The position numbers were made by a program, and so were the translations under genes. DNA of 54,337 nucleotides from an uncultured Rhodospirillaceae bacterium (lineage in GTDB: Bacteria; Pseudomonadota; Alphaproteobacteria; MPNO01; UBA830): positions 1 to 54,337 of the forward strand of contig CAZOHS010000004.1 in the NCBI GenBank assembly GCA_964579285.1, in the 5' to 3' direction. This document shows, piece after piece, positions 9,964 to 19,895 of the stretch. The notes beneath the pieces were generated by a model that did not search any database, had not been told where the DNA came from, and worked only from the letters and a program-made list of their open reading frames with translations. Within the stretch, counting starts at the first letter, position 1, and every line of letters starts with the position of its first letter.

Positions 9964-11598
9964 ATGGGGCAAGCCAAGGAATACGATTATATAATTGTGG
10001 GCGCTGGAAGTGCGGGTTGTCTTCTTGCTTATCGGCTCGGCGCCAACCCTGAAAACCGAATACTGGTTATCGAAGCAGGAGGGCCCGATACCGATCCTTT
10101 AATTCATATCCCACTTGGGCTGGGAAAAATGCACGATAAGCGGGCCCACGATTGGGGCTATGATGCTGAACCTGAAGAGAGCATGCAGGGGCGCCGGATA
10201 GAGGCGATGCGGGGTAAGGTTGTTGGTGGATCTTCGTCTATCAATGTTATGGCCTATGTCCGAGGCCATCGAGGCGATTATGATCGCTGGGCCGCCAACG
10301 GCGCAACGGGTTGGTCGTATGCTGACGTATTGCCCTACTTCCGAAGGATGGAGTCCTGGGAAAAAGGTGCAGACGTATGGCGGGGTGGGGACGGCCCCCT
10401 CCAAACTCAGTCTGCTCGCTCTTTGGACCCTCTCTGGGAGGCATGGATAGAGGCGGGTAAGTCCTCTGGGATCGGTTTCACTGAGGACTATAACGGCGAG
10501 AAACAAGAGGGACTCGGACGGAGCCAGTCGACGATCTATAAAGGTCGTCGACATAGTGCTGCGACGGCATTTTTGCGCCCTGCCATTAGACGTGGCAATG
10601 TAACCTTACGCGACAGTACACTGGTAACCAAAGTTGTGATGGACGGCAATCGGGCCGTGGGTGTTACCTGTTCGCGGCTCGGAAAATCCGACCAAATTAA
10701 TGCCGAGAAAGAAGTCATTTTATCAGGGGGTGTGTTTAACTCTCCACAACTCCTGATGTTATCGGGCATAGGGCCAGCCCATCATCTTCGAGAGGTGGGC
10801 ATTGAGCCAATCATTCACTCTCCCAATGTTGGACAAAACCTGCAGGACCATCTCGCAGTACAGCCGACGGCTTCGCGTCCGATCGCGGGGCCGTTCCGTA
10901 AGTCGATGCGCGCAGACAGGATGGCCGCGTCGATCGCTCTGGCGCATATGTTTGGACTGGGCCCGGCCACCGTATTACCAGGGGGTTTGCACGGCTTCGT
11001 AAAAACGAAATCCGGTCTATCGACAACAGACATCCAATTTTTGTTCCGGGGGGCGCCCGGTAATGCCCACCTCTGGTTTCCTGGTATACGCGCTCCATAC
11101 AAAGATGGTTTCGGACTGCGCCCAGTATTATTACATCCCGAAAGTCGGGGCGAGGTATTGCTGAGGTCAGCAGATCCGCATGACAAAGTGCGTATCCGCC
11201 AAAACTTTCTGGCTGTTGCGGGAGACCTGGAGACCCTGAGGACGGGCGTGAAGCTCGCTCGAGAAATGCTGCACCAGCCCGCGATGGAAAAGATGCGGGG
11301 AACCGAAATCGTGCCGGGCCCAAAAATTAAGACTGACGACGAGATCGATCAGTGGATCAGGCAAACCGCGATAACGGCCCACCACCCATCTTGTACGACC
11401 GCTATGGGTGCTGGCGAGGAAGCGGTTTTAGATACCGAATGCAGGGTAAAAGGTGCGGAAAACCTACGTGTTATAGATGCCTCGGCAATGCCTGACCTTG
11501 TTTCAGGAAATATTCACGCGGCAGTACTTGTTATTGCGGAAAAGGTAAGCGACCATATCCTTGGCAATACTTATCTAAAACCCGCGACGAACGCATAA
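9964..11598 (+). CDS. GMC family FAD oxidoreductase (choline/alcohol dehydrogenase-like)
   Basis: 544-aa ORF with N-terminal YDYIIVGAGSAGCLLAYRL, the GMC signature GGSSSINVMAYVRG and a C-terminal HPSCTTAMG active-site region. Confidence 0.9.
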   Translation: MGQAKEYDYIIVGAGSAGCLLAYRLGANPENRILVIEAGGPDTDPLIHIPLGLGKMHDKRAHDWGYDAEPEESMQGRRIEAMRGKVVGGSSSINVMAYVRGHRGDYDRWAANGATGWSYADVLPYFRRMESWEKGADVWRGGDGPLQTQSARSLDPLWEAWIEAGKSSGIGFTEDYNGEKQEGLGRSQSTIYKGRRHSAATAFLRPAIRRGNVTLRDSTLVTKVVMDGNRAVGVTCSRLGKSDQINAEKEVILSGGVFNSPQLLMLSGIGPAHHLREVGIEPIIHSPNVGQNLQDHLAVQPTASRPIAGPFRKSMRADRMAASIALAHMFGLGPATVLPGGLHGFVKTKSGLSTTDIQFLFRGAPGNAHLWFPGIRAPYKDGFGLRPVLLHPESRGEVLLRSADPHDKVRIRQNFLAVAGDLETLRTGVKLAREMLHQPAMEKMRGTEIVPGPKIKTDDEIDQWIRQTAITAHHPSCTTAMGAGEEAVLDTECRVKGAENLRVIDASAMPDLVSGNIHAAVLVIAEKVSDHILGNTYLKPATNA

Positions 11599-11615
11599 AT
11601 ACCAGGGAGGCGGTT

Positions 11616-12845
11616 ATGGCGGAACAAGCAACTAATGAATTTCGAGTTGGTGGATATCGGTTAGAAAGACCGTTTAAAATTAGACGCCTAGGGCATTTTG
11701 GGTTTTATGCTAACGATATGGAGAAGTCCCTTGAATTTTATCGAGATTTGTTGGGGTTTCAAATTACCGATGACCTAGATTTCGGTCCTCGCGCTAAAGA
11801 TCCCCAAGACGTCGAAGGTCTCGGGGAGACGCGAGGCTTCTTTATGCGTTATGGAACGGATCATCATGCCTTCGTCTTATTTCCTTGGAAGGTTCGGAAG
11901 GCCATCGACTACAATGATACTTTGGCTGATGACGCAACCACGAACCAAATAACGTGGCAAGTTGGTAGTTTGCAGGAAGTGAGAGATGCGACTGATTGGT
12001 TTAAGAGGGTTGGGGTGCCATACGGGAGGACGGGGCGCGACATTCCTGGGTCGAATTGGCATGTTTACCCGGTTGATACAGACGGCCGTGTTAACGAGCT
12101 TTTTTATGGCATTGAGCAAATCGGGTGGAACGGGCTTTCAAAACCGCAAAACATGTATGATCAGAAATTCATGGAAGCGCCTGAGCTTCCTTACATGCGG
12201 GAAGCGGAGGAAGTTCGCATTGCCCAAGAGGCAGGGATAGATCTTCGGACAGGGACAAACTCTTTGGAAATAGGGGACGCCGACTTTGACGTGGGAGGCG
12301 TAATGCTGCCGCGACCATTTAAAGTCACCGGGATCGGCCCCGTTGGCCTTTTTACAAATAAGATGGAGGAAACCTTAAGTTTTTATGAAAAGCGATTGGG
12401 GTTTGTTATCACTGAATCTATCGATTGGAATGGAGAAACCTGTCATTTTCTCCGCTGTGGCGCCGAGCACCATTCTTTAGCTTTGTATCCCCTGGCACTG
12501 CGAAATGAGCTTGGGCTTACCGAACGGTCGACAAATATGTCGTTTGGCGTTCGCGTAAATGATTATGATCAACTAAAAGATGCAATTCGCTGGTTAGCCG
12601 AAAAGGGTGTCGAAATTCGATATTTTCCATCCGAGTTGTTCCCGGGGATGGATTATTCAGCAATAGCAATCGATCCGGATGGTCACGCGATACAGCTTTA
12701 CTACCATATGGAACAAATCGGTTGGGACGGGCGACCGAGACCCGCCAATGAACGCCGTAAAATTGATAATGGCAACTGGCCGGAGACACTGGATGCGGCG
12801 TCCGACGCTTTTGCCGGCGAACAATTTTTGGGCCCGTGGGGTTGA
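11616..12845 (+). CDS. Two-domain VOC (glyoxalase/extradiol dioxygenase) family protein
   Basis: 409-aa ORF with two tandem modules: LGHFGFYANDMEKSLEFYRDLLGF...GTDHHAFVLF and IGPVGLFTNKMEETLSFYEKRLGF...GAEHHSLALY. GGGAGG lies upstream of ATG 11616. Confidence 0.8.
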   Translation: MAEQATNEFRVGGYRLERPFKIRRLGHFGFYANDMEKSLEFYRDLLGFQITDDLDFGPRAKDPQDVEGLGETRGFFMRYGTDHHAFVLFPWKVRKAIDYNDTLADDATTNQITWQVGSLQEVRDATDWFKRVGVPYGRTGRDIPGSNWHVYPVDTDGRVNELFYGIEQIGWNGLSKPQNMYDQKFMEAPELPYMREAEEVRIAQEAGIDLRTGTNSLEIGDADFDVGGVMLPRPFKVTGIGPVGLFTNKMEETLSFYEKRLGFVITESIDWNGETCHFLRCGAEHHSLALYPLALRNELGLTERSTNMSFGVRVNDYDQLKDAIRWLAEKGVEIRYFPSELFPGMDYSAIAIDPDGHAIQLYYHMEQIGWDGRPRPANERRKIDNGNWPETLDAASDAFAGEQFLGPWG

Positions 12846-12876
12846 TTGGTTTACGGCGGGATCGGCGGATAAATAC

Positions 12877-14022
12877 ATGAAATTTTCGTTTTTTATGATG
12901 CCAACGCATCATCCTACGGAAAACCCTACGTTGGCGTTTCATCGAGATATAGATTTAATTCCTTATGTTGAAGGCCTCGGCTTTGACTCCTTTCATATAG
13001 GAGAACATCACTCAGGAGGCTGGGAGACGATGCCGTCACCCGAAATGGCCTTGTCCATGGCGGCTGCGAAAACCCATCGAATTCGCTTGGGTACGTCAGT
13101 GGTAAATCTTCCTTTTCATCACCCATTTCATGTTGCTGAGCGTGCAGCATTCCTAGACCATTTATCATACGGCCGCGCGGTACTCGGGATAGGGCCGTCA
13201 AGCTTGGTTACCGATAAGAAGCTTTTCAATATCGAGAGTGATGCAGGGCGGCGGATGATGTCAGAATCTGCTGATATAATTGTTCGCCTCCTCGAAGCCG
13301 ACGAACCCATTAGCCATGACGGGGAGTTCTGGAAATTTAACGATCTGTGGTTGCAATTAAAGTCATATCAGCAACCCCGCCTACCTCTCGCTTTGCCGAC
13401 TACCGGCGGGGCTGCAAGCCTTGATCTAGCGGCTAAACATGACATGGAGATTTGGTCGCCTTGCGGTCTAAACAGGCCGGGCAACGGAGTTTTTACGCAA
13501 TTCTGGAACGATTATGAACGCGCCTGCGAACGCCATGACAAAACAGCAGATCGCGATAAATGGCATTTAGTGAGCAATTTCTATTTGGCTGATTCACGAG
13601 AAGAAGCGTGGTCTGACGTAAGAGAGGGAATCCTGAGAGAAACCGGTTATTTTCTCTCAATCGGCTTTAAACCCTTGTACGAAGCGTACAAAGATCAACC
13701 GGCATCGGAAATAACAGCTGAATCCGCGGTAGAGCGGCGTGATTGGTTGGTGGGGACCCCCGATGACGCGATCCAATGGATAGAGAATAAACTAGACGAA
13801 AACGGAGATTTTGGCGGTGTCATGCTCACCACACACGAGTGGGCGAGTTCTGAAAAGCTCCGTCGCTCGTTTGAACTTTTCGCCCGATATGTCATTCCGC
13901 ATTTTAATTCCGGCAGATACAACTACGCCGCGCAGGCGAGGGCCTTGGCCGAAGAGCACGATAGCGCGGGGGGCGTGGTTTTAAATACCGGCGACCGGCC
14001 TTCCAATTTGGAAACAAAATAG
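12877..14022 (+). CDS. LLM-class (luciferase-like) flavin-dependent monooxygenase
   Basis: The track ORF 12679-14022 overlaps the VOC gene. The in-frame ATG 12877 gives MKFSFFMMPTHHP...GFDSFHIGEHH, a typical LLM N-terminus, and lies 31 nt after the VOC stop. Confidence 0.8.
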   Translation: MKFSFFMMPTHHPTENPTLAFHRDIDLIPYVEGLGFDSFHIGEHHSGGWETMPSPEMALSMAAAKTHRIRLGTSVVNLPFHHPFHVAERAAFLDHLSYGRAVLGIGPSSLVTDKKLFNIESDAGRRMMSESADIIVRLLEADEPISHDGEFWKFNDLWLQLKSYQQPRLPLALPTTGGAASLDLAAKHDMEIWSPCGLNRPGNGVFTQFWNDYERACERHDKTADRDKWHLVSNFYLADSREEAWSDVREGILRETGYFLSIGFKPLYEAYKDQPASEITAESAVERRDWLVGTPDDAIQWIENKLDENGDFGGVMLTTHEWASSEKLRRSFELFARYVIPHFNSGRYNYAAQARALAEEHDSAGGVVLNTGDRPSNLETK

Positions 14023-14054
14023 AACTGCTTTATTGAGGTGGAAGAGGACAGGGT

Positions 14055-15764
14055 ATGGCACGAAATACGCTAACCGCTGCGGAGGCTGTCGTGGACGCCT
14101 TAATCGAAGAGGGAATAGAGGTCGTGTTCGGGATGACCGGAGACACCGTGTTGCCATTGTTAGATGCTTTGTATCATCGAAAGAAGGAGATTCGATACAT
14201 CACGGCAAGGGTGGAAACAGGTGCAACGGCGATGGCTGATACGTACTCGCGTGTGACCGGTAAAGTGGGTTGTTGCCTGTTCCACGTAGGTCCAAGTATA
14301 GCGAACACGGTGTTGGGTGCTTGGACGGCACAAAAGGATGCCGTGCCATTGTTAATCATGTCAGCAAACATGGATACTTTTCGACTAGAACGTAATATCT
14401 GGCATGAGTTTGACGTTATGAGTGTCTACAGTAACTTTACAAAATGGCAGGGCCAGCTGACGCAAGCAAAGGACGTGCGCCGCTTGATGCGAAACGCATT
14501 TCAAGCAGCTAAATCGGGGATGCCGGGCGTCGTACACATAGACTTTCCAAAGGATATTTTGCCGCATCCGGCGGATGTCGAATCCACAGACCTCTCGCTT
14601 TTAGGTGGTTCCCATTCGAACGCGCTTTCAAATCGCCCACGGCCGGAAGCCTGGGCTGTTGAAAAAACCGCGAAGATCCTTAAAGAGGCGCAAGCCCCAC
14701 TTATAATAGCGGGGAGGGGCGTTCGTTGGTCGAACGCTTGCGAACCACTGGCTAGTGTCGTCGAGGCACTTTCTATTCCAGTTGTCACGACCGAGATGGG
14801 GCGTGGCACGATTAGTGAAGATCACCCACTTTCGGCAGGGATAATTGGCCACTTCGGACACTCCGCGGCTAATGCGCTACTGCGGCAAGCCGATGTTGTG
14901 CTCGGGTTGGGGTCGCGGTTTTTGAACGTCAATACAATCAATTGGTCTATGATTCCAGCAGAGACAAAAATCATTCAAGTTGAAGCTGACCCACTGGAGA
15001 TTGGAAAACAATATGCGGTCGAGTTGGGCATTAACGCGGATCCAGGTAGTTTTCTCGAAGAGCTTGTGACTTGTCTTGGTGTGTCTGTGCCGTTTGAAGA
15101 GACCCGAGCCGACCACGCCAACGTTAAGCGGGTAGCCAAACTTATAAAGGAGCAAGAAGCACAATTTTACGATACCGACCTTGAAGCTATTCCCATAAAG
15201 CCTCAACGGATCAATATCGCAATAGAGGAGGTCTGCGAAAGGGACGCTATATACGTGTTTGGGTCTGGTCTGCACACTCAATTTGCTCATGGACTGAAGG
15301 TTCGATCTCCCGAACAATACAATTGGTCCGCTGGTTCGGGTACTATGGCCTGGGCATTGCCAGGCGCTATAGGCGCCAAGCTTGCTTTTCCGGAACGCCA
15401 AGTTGTCGTTTGCATCGGAGACGGCGACTTTGGCATGAATGCTCAAGAGATCGAAACCTCTGTCCGTGAAAACGCACCCATAATTGTTATTGTTTATAAT
15501 GACTGCAGCTTTGGTGCTCTGCGGGTTTTCCAGAAAGCACACTATGGGGAGCGTTATATTGGATCGCACTTTGGCCAGACTGACCATGCAAAGCTAGCTG
15601 AGGCGTATGGGGCGAGAGGAGAGAAAGTTGAAAAGCCGAAAGACCTGGTGCCCGCACTTCGACGTGCCGTTGAGGCAAGCGTAACCAGCGTAATAGATGT
15701 TATGATAGATGGGTGGGAACCCCATTACCGTGAAGCTGAATTTGCCGAGTTTCATAAATTTTAA
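14055..15764 (+). CDS. Thiamine diphosphate-dependent enzyme (acetolactate synthase-like fold), substrate unknown
   Basis: 569-aa ORF with an N-terminal PYR domain containing the catalytic Glu (ARVETGATAMAD) and a C-terminal ThDP motif GDGDFGMNAQE...VIVYND. Confidence 0.9.
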   Translation: MARNTLTAAEAVVDALIEEGIEVVFGMTGDTVLPLLDALYHRKKEIRYITARVETGATAMADTYSRVTGKVGCCLFHVGPSIANTVLGAWTAQKDAVPLLIMSANMDTFRLERNIWHEFDVMSVYSNFTKWQGQLTQAKDVRRLMRNAFQAAKSGMPGVVHIDFPKDILPHPADVESTDLSLLGGSHSNALSNRPRPEAWAVEKTAKILKEAQAPLIIAGRGVRWSNACEPLASVVEALSIPVVTTEMGRGTISEDHPLSAGIIGHFGHSAANALLRQADVVLGLGSRFLNVNTINWSMIPAETKIIQVEADPLEIGKQYAVELGINADPGSFLEELVTCLGVSVPFEETRADHANVKRVAKLIKEQEAQFYDTDLEAIPIKPQRINIAIEEVCERDAIYVFGSGLHTQFAHGLKVRSPEQYNWSAGSGTMAWALPGAIGAKLAFPERQVVVCIGDGDFGMNAQEIETSVRENAPIIVIVYNDCSFGALRVFQKAHYGERYIGSHFGQTDHAKLAEAYGARGEKVEKPKDLVPALRRAVEASVTSVIDVMIDGWEPHYREAEFAEFHKF

Positions 15765-15788
15765 TTACTTTGGTCTGAGCTTTTACTG

Positions 15789-16652
15789 GTGATTGAATTT
15801 CGACCCTTTTCTGGTGGTTTTGGCGCGGAAATTTGCGGCCTAAAGCCTAGTAATCCCTTTCCAGCGTCGCTGGCTCAGCTAATCGTTACGGGTATGGATC
15901 AGTATGGTATTTGTCTTATCCGAAATAACAAAGCTCTAAAGGACGAGGACCATTTGGCGCTTGGGCGCTTGTTAGGTCCATTAATGCGCCAAAAGATGCA
16001 ACAAACTGTTTCGAAGCGGGGTATTCGCCTCTCAACGGACGAATTAATAGATGTAGGCAATCTTGATGAGCGTGGAAATATTCATTCCGAAGATGATCCA
16101 CGGCGGGCTTTCCATAAAGGCAATCTCTTGTGGCATTCTGATGTTACGTTTGACCAAAAACGCGCCACTTATTCGCTTTTAGCTGCACATCTAATACCTC
16201 CAGTCGGCGGTGACACCGAGTTTGCGGATATGGCAGGTGCGTATTTGGCCTTATCAAGCGACCTGAAAGAGCAGATCAGCGGTCTAAGTGCAGAACATTC
16301 TATTTGGTATTCGCGGGCGCGGAGTGGAATGGCGGACGTGAGCCCCGAAATAAGGGAGACCCGGCCTCCCGCAAGACATCCACTCGTTAATGTTAACCAT
16401 AGGACCGGCGAAAAATCTCTTTACCTAGCGAGCCACGCGTCCCATGTGGTTGGATTATCAAAAGCCACCGGCCGTGACTTGCTTAAAATGCTGACGTTAC
16501 ACGCCACCCAGACGCGCTTTATTCACCGACACGAATGGCGAGTGGGCGATATAATGATTTGGGATAACTTAAAAACAATGCATCGTGGCGTGCCTTTCGA
16601 TGACGCTAAGTACCCACGAGATATGCGACGCGTTACTGTACTGGAAGAGTAA
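15789..16652 (+). CDS. TauD/TfdA family Fe(II)/2-oxoglutarate dioxygenase
   Basis: 287-aa ORF with a GTG start. It has the HxD iron motif in LWHSDVTFD, a distal His in ASHASH and WDNLKTMHRG. Confidence 0.85.
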   Translation: MIEFRPFSGGFGAEICGLKPSNPFPASLAQLIVTGMDQYGICLIRNNKALKDEDHLALGRLLGPLMRQKMQQTVSKRGIRLSTDELIDVGNLDERGNIHSEDDPRRAFHKGNLLWHSDVTFDQKRATYSLLAAHLIPPVGGDTEFADMAGAYLALSSDLKEQISGLSAEHSIWYSRARSGMADVSPEIRETRPPARHPLVNVNHRTGEKSLYLASHASHVVGLSKATGRDLLKMLTLHATQTRFIHRHEWRVGDIMIWDNLKTMHRGVPFDDAKYPRDMRRVTVLEE

Positions 16653-16672
16653 CGCTTCCGCAGGTAATGACC

Positions 16673-17929
16673 CTAATTTGCGTTTTTATGTTCGAGGTCC
16701 ACCAAAGCAAGATTTAGCTTTTGGCGATGAAAACGCGCCCAAAAATATACGGCGAATATGCAAATACCACCCACCGCGACGGGAATTCTGAAGCCCACGA
16801 AATCAGCGGCTACACCCATTACCAATGCACCAATTGCTGGTGTTCCCAGCCAGAGCATCCCGTAAAGACTGACTACACGGCCACGAATTGAATCGGGCAC
16901 TATAGTTTGAACGAGAGACTGCGCTATGATGCCGCTTCCATTAAGAACGAAACCCCATCCAGCAAAAACACAAGCTGCGACCCAGAAAATGTTGCTAGAG
17001 ATGAAAGCAATTTGCGACACGGCAATTAGAAGTATCAGAATGATTAATATATTTGGTAGTCCGGACAACTTCCCACGTCTGGAGAGCCAAAGACCCGAAA
17101 AAAGCGAACCTAAACCAGCCGCACCCGTTAAAATAGCCAACCCGTCCGCTCCTCTCTCAAACACCGCGTCAGTAAATCCCGGCAACATCTCGGCCGTGGC
17201 TCGACCAAAAAAAGAAAAAACGAACAACAAGATCATTAAGGGAGCGATAAAGTTGTGTTGGGAGACATATTTGAAACCCTCAGCAATTTCTCCAGGAACC
17301 GCCGCAATTGATTTTTTTACGGAGGGCCTGCGGTCGATGCGAATCATATATAGGGTGGCGAGCATCGGACAATAGCTAAAGGCATTGAAAAGGAACGTGT
17401 ATCCAACACCAAATTTTAGAATTATCAGTGCTGAAAGGGCAGGTCCAATCAATCTAGAGGTGTTCCAAATTGTGGAATTAATGCCAATAGCGGAAGTAAG
17501 TTCCTGCTTTGAAACAATCGTTCCAATCAAGGACTGACGAAATGGTTGATGGACGCCTTGCATCGCGCCCTGAAAAAAAGCGAGCCCGACTAGAATTTCA
17601 ATTGTCATATTTCCGGATAGGGTAAAGAAAGCAAGCAGTGAAGCTTGCAACATTGTCATGTACTGAACGAAACGAACCATTCTCAGGCGGTCAACCCGGT
17701 CGGCGAATGCTCCAGCAATTGGTGCTGTAAGGACGGTGGGCGCGAGATCTGCGAACGCTACAAGCCCCAACCACATTCCGGATTGTGTTAATTCCCATGC
17801 GAGCCACCCCATAGCCATGCGTTGTATCCAGGTGCCAATAAGGGATGGGATCGCACCATAAGTATAAAGCCGGTAGTTTCGATTTCTCATAGCGACCGCT
17901 ATGCCGCCAAGTCCGATAGAAAATTTCAT
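16673..17929 (-). CDS. MFS transporter
   Basis: 418-aa ORF with about 12 hydrophobic segments. The N-terminus RNRNYRLYTYGAIPSLIGTWIQRMAMGWL is typical of MFS_3-type efflux proteins. Confidence 0.85.
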   Translation of the reverse strand: MKFSIGLGGIAVAMRNRNYRLYTYGAIPSLIGTWIQRMAMGWLAWELTQSGMWLGLVAFADLAPTVLTAPIAGAFADRVDRLRMVRFVQYMTMLQASLLAFFTLSGNMTIEILVGLAFFQGAMQGVHQPFRQSLIGTIVSKQELTSAIGINSTIWNTSRLIGPALSALIILKFGVGYTFLFNAFSYCPMLATLYMIRIDRRPSVKKSIAAVPGEIAEGFKYVSQHNFIAPLMILLFVFSFFGRATAEMLPGFTDAVFERGADGLAILTGAAGLGSLFSGLWLSRRGKLSGLPNILIILILLIAVSQIAFISSNIFWVAACVFAGWGFVLNGSGIIAQSLVQTIVPDSIRGRVVSLYGMLWLGTPAIGALVMGVAADFVGFRIPVAVGGICIFAVYFWARFHRQKLNLALVDLEHKNAN

Positions 17930-17991
17930 ACCTTTAGTTACTACTACGCTGCGTACTTGTCTCTATCCGGATACGGTTTTAAAACGGTTAC

Positions 17992-18282
17992 ATGACGGAA
18001 GAAAATGAAAAACCTCTAGATCCTGTCGCGCAGTTTATTCTTGAAACACTTCAACACCGGGTTTCCGCGACACCGATAGAAATCGCGCGTGCTCTCGGTG
18101 AACAACGGAGGCGTCCGATTGAAAAAAAAGCCGACGCGTGGCGACGGTTTCTAAATCCCGTGAAGCAACAGATGGTATTTTTAGCTAGGTCGGGTGAAAT
18201 CGAAATTACTCGGAAGGGAGAATTATTAGATCCCGAAAATTTTCGAGGTGTTGTCAAAATGAGACTGAAGCAATCTCACTAA
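17992..18282 (+). CDS. DUF3253-like small protein
   Basis: 96-aa ORF. The pattern ...TPIEIARAL...WRRFLNPVKQQMVFLARSGEIEITRKGELLDP...RGVVKMRL matches my recollection of DUF3253 proteins. Confidence 0.55.
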   Translation: MTEENEKPLDPVAQFILETLQHRVSATPIEIARALGEQRRRPIEKKADAWRRFLNPVKQQMVFLARSGEIEITRKGELLDPENFRGVVKMRLKQSH

Positions 18283-18424
18283 AACAATACACTTCCTGAA
18301 CAAGTCTGCATTAACCAACCAGCTGCAAAACCCAACCCGCAGCGAAGGCCGTCGGATATTCAATAAAGACCAATTTCTGCACGATAATGGCATAACTTAA
18401 ATATTTGCCTAATTTCGGCCGGGT

Positions 18425-19894
18425 TTAGAATATTTCAAAGTATTCTTTGTGTTCCCAGTCCGTCACTGTAGACAGAAACCGTTCAATTTCGGATCGCTTT
18501 ATATGGGTCAAGTAGTCTACAAATTGATCCCCCATTACATCACGAAACATTTTACTTCTATCGAATGCAAATACGGCATCCATTAGATTGGTCGGAAGTT
18601 TTTCACCGACAGCCGTATAGGGGTCATTGGTTGGTTTGGGCGGCGTGAGCTTGTTTCGAACACCATGAAGGCCACTATAAATTTGAGATGAAAGGTACAA
18701 GTATGGGTTCGCCGCGGGTTCGCCCACCCGGTTCTCAATTCGAGTAGCTGGATCTTCAGGCCCGGTTCCTATTACTCTCAGCATAGCGCCTTTATTATCG
18801 CGGCCCCAAACGGCCCTATCGGGTGCTAACGAGTTTGGTTTATATCTTTTGTAGCCATTTATTGTCGGTGTAGTGAGGATGGCTGCTTGTGGGGCATTTT
18901 TCAGGATACCAGCCAGAAAATGTTGCCCTACTTCCGATAAAAGTTCTTCGGGTTTATTTGGCCGAAGGGCGTTGGTGTTGTTTGAGATGTCTGTCAGAGA
19001 CTGGTGTAAATGCCACCCACTGGCGAACGCGTTTTCTAACCCGGGTCTGCACATGAAAGTCGCGTGGTAGCCATGCCGCCGGCACACCTGTTTTACCGCG
19101 TTTCGAAACAGGATCATATTGTCAGCAGCTTCTAGTCCACCTGATGGAGCAAAAGTAAATTCAAACTGGCTTGGTCCAAATTCCGCTTCGATCGTTCTCA
19201 GGGAAAGGCCTAACGCGGTCGCCGCATGTCGAACAAGCTCAAATACTGGGTCTAAATTATCTATCGTTATTTCGGTAAGATAATTGTAGCCGTGGGAAAG
19301 CAAGCTCACCTTGGGAGGATCCGCTGGTTGTCCAGCGTATTCCGGCCAAAGCATCGCATCTTCTAATCGGTAGATGTGGCACTCAATTTCTATTCCAGCC
19401 GTATATTGATAACCTTCTTTTGTTAATTCAGACAATGCATTCTTCAAGATTTGACGTGTCGAAAAGGGGACAGGGTCACCATTTGTAAGATAACCATCGC
19501 ATAGCATCCACCCAGTCTTGTTAGCCCACGGTAAAATTTTGAAGGATCCGGGAATAGGGAGGGTTATGAAATCACCCACGCCTTCCATTTCAGGAATTCC
19601 AAAGCCCCCGCCGGGTGAAAAAACGGGAAACACGGTCGTGTGAGATGTGTCCTTTGCTAATAATGCGGTGGTTGCAGTAGACCCATTTCGCATAGCTTGG
19701 GGCACCTCCGTTGCCATAATCGTTTTGCCCCGAAGAATGCCGTGCTGATCAGGGTATGACAGCCGTACCACTTCGATTTCATTTTCTTTAATCTGGTCAA
19801 TAACGTTCTTTGCTTCTGCTAGATCATTATCTGTCCAAAGAGAGTGTTGTTCGACAAATCCAGTGCGGCCCATAGTATCCCTGTATTCAGCCAT
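18425..19894 (-). CDS. Glutamine synthetase family protein (gamma-glutamyl-amine ligase-like)
   Basis: It has the GS beta-grasp VRLSYPDQHGILRGK and the catalytic-domain motifs SGWHLHQSL and NRVGEPAANPYL. The start is placed at ATG 19894, 1 nt after the upstream stop; the track ORF uses TTG 19924. Confidence 0.85.
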   Translation of the reverse strand: MAEYRDTMGRTGFVEQHSLWTDNDLAEAKNVIDQIKENEIEVVRLSYPDQHGILRGKTIMATEVPQAMRNGSTATTALLAKDTSHTTVFPVFSPGGGFGIPEMEGVGDFITLPIPGSFKILPWANKTGWMLCDGYLTNGDPVPFSTRQILKNALSELTKEGYQYTAGIEIECHIYRLEDAMLWPEYAGQPADPPKVSLLSHGYNYLTEITIDNLDPVFELVRHAATALGLSLRTIEAEFGPSQFEFTFAPSGGLEAADNMILFRNAVKQVCRRHGYHATFMCRPGLENAFASGWHLHQSLTDISNNTNALRPNKPEELLSEVGQHFLAGILKNAPQAAILTTPTINGYKRYKPNSLAPDRAVWGRDNKGAMLRVIGTGPEDPATRIENRVGEPAANPYLYLSSQIYSGLHGVRNKLTPPKPTNDPYTAVGEKLPTNLMDAVFAFDRSKMFRDVMGDQFVDYLTHIKRSEIERFLSTVTDWEHKEYFEIF

Positions 19895-19895
19895 T

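Noticed and set aside
12679-12876. Long N-terminal extension of the LLM ORF (track start 12679)
   Set aside because: It overlaps the last 167 nt of the VOC gene in another frame and encodes no LLM-like sequence. ATG 12877 gives a canonical MKFSFFMMP... LLM N-terminus.
14877-15587. 236-aa antisense ORF inside the ThDP enzyme gene
   Set aside because: It shows no recognisable motif and an odd composition, and it is fully embedded opposite a gene with clear ThDP signatures. It is most likely a chance antisense frame lacking stop codons.
14055-15764. Specific call as sulfoacetaldehyde acetyltransferase (Xsc)
   Set aside because: The context (TauD, LLM) is tempting. However, the N-terminal region does not resemble the Xsc sequence as I recall it, and no pta or sulfite exporter is adjacent. 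It is kept as a generic ThDP enzyme.
4611-17929. tRNA-Met-anchored genomic island
   Set aside because: No integrase, transposase or recombinase gene follows the tRNA. I did not notice a direct repeat of the tRNA 3' end downstream, and composition looks similar to the rest of the window. This cannot be excluded without a computed repeat search or comparative genomics.
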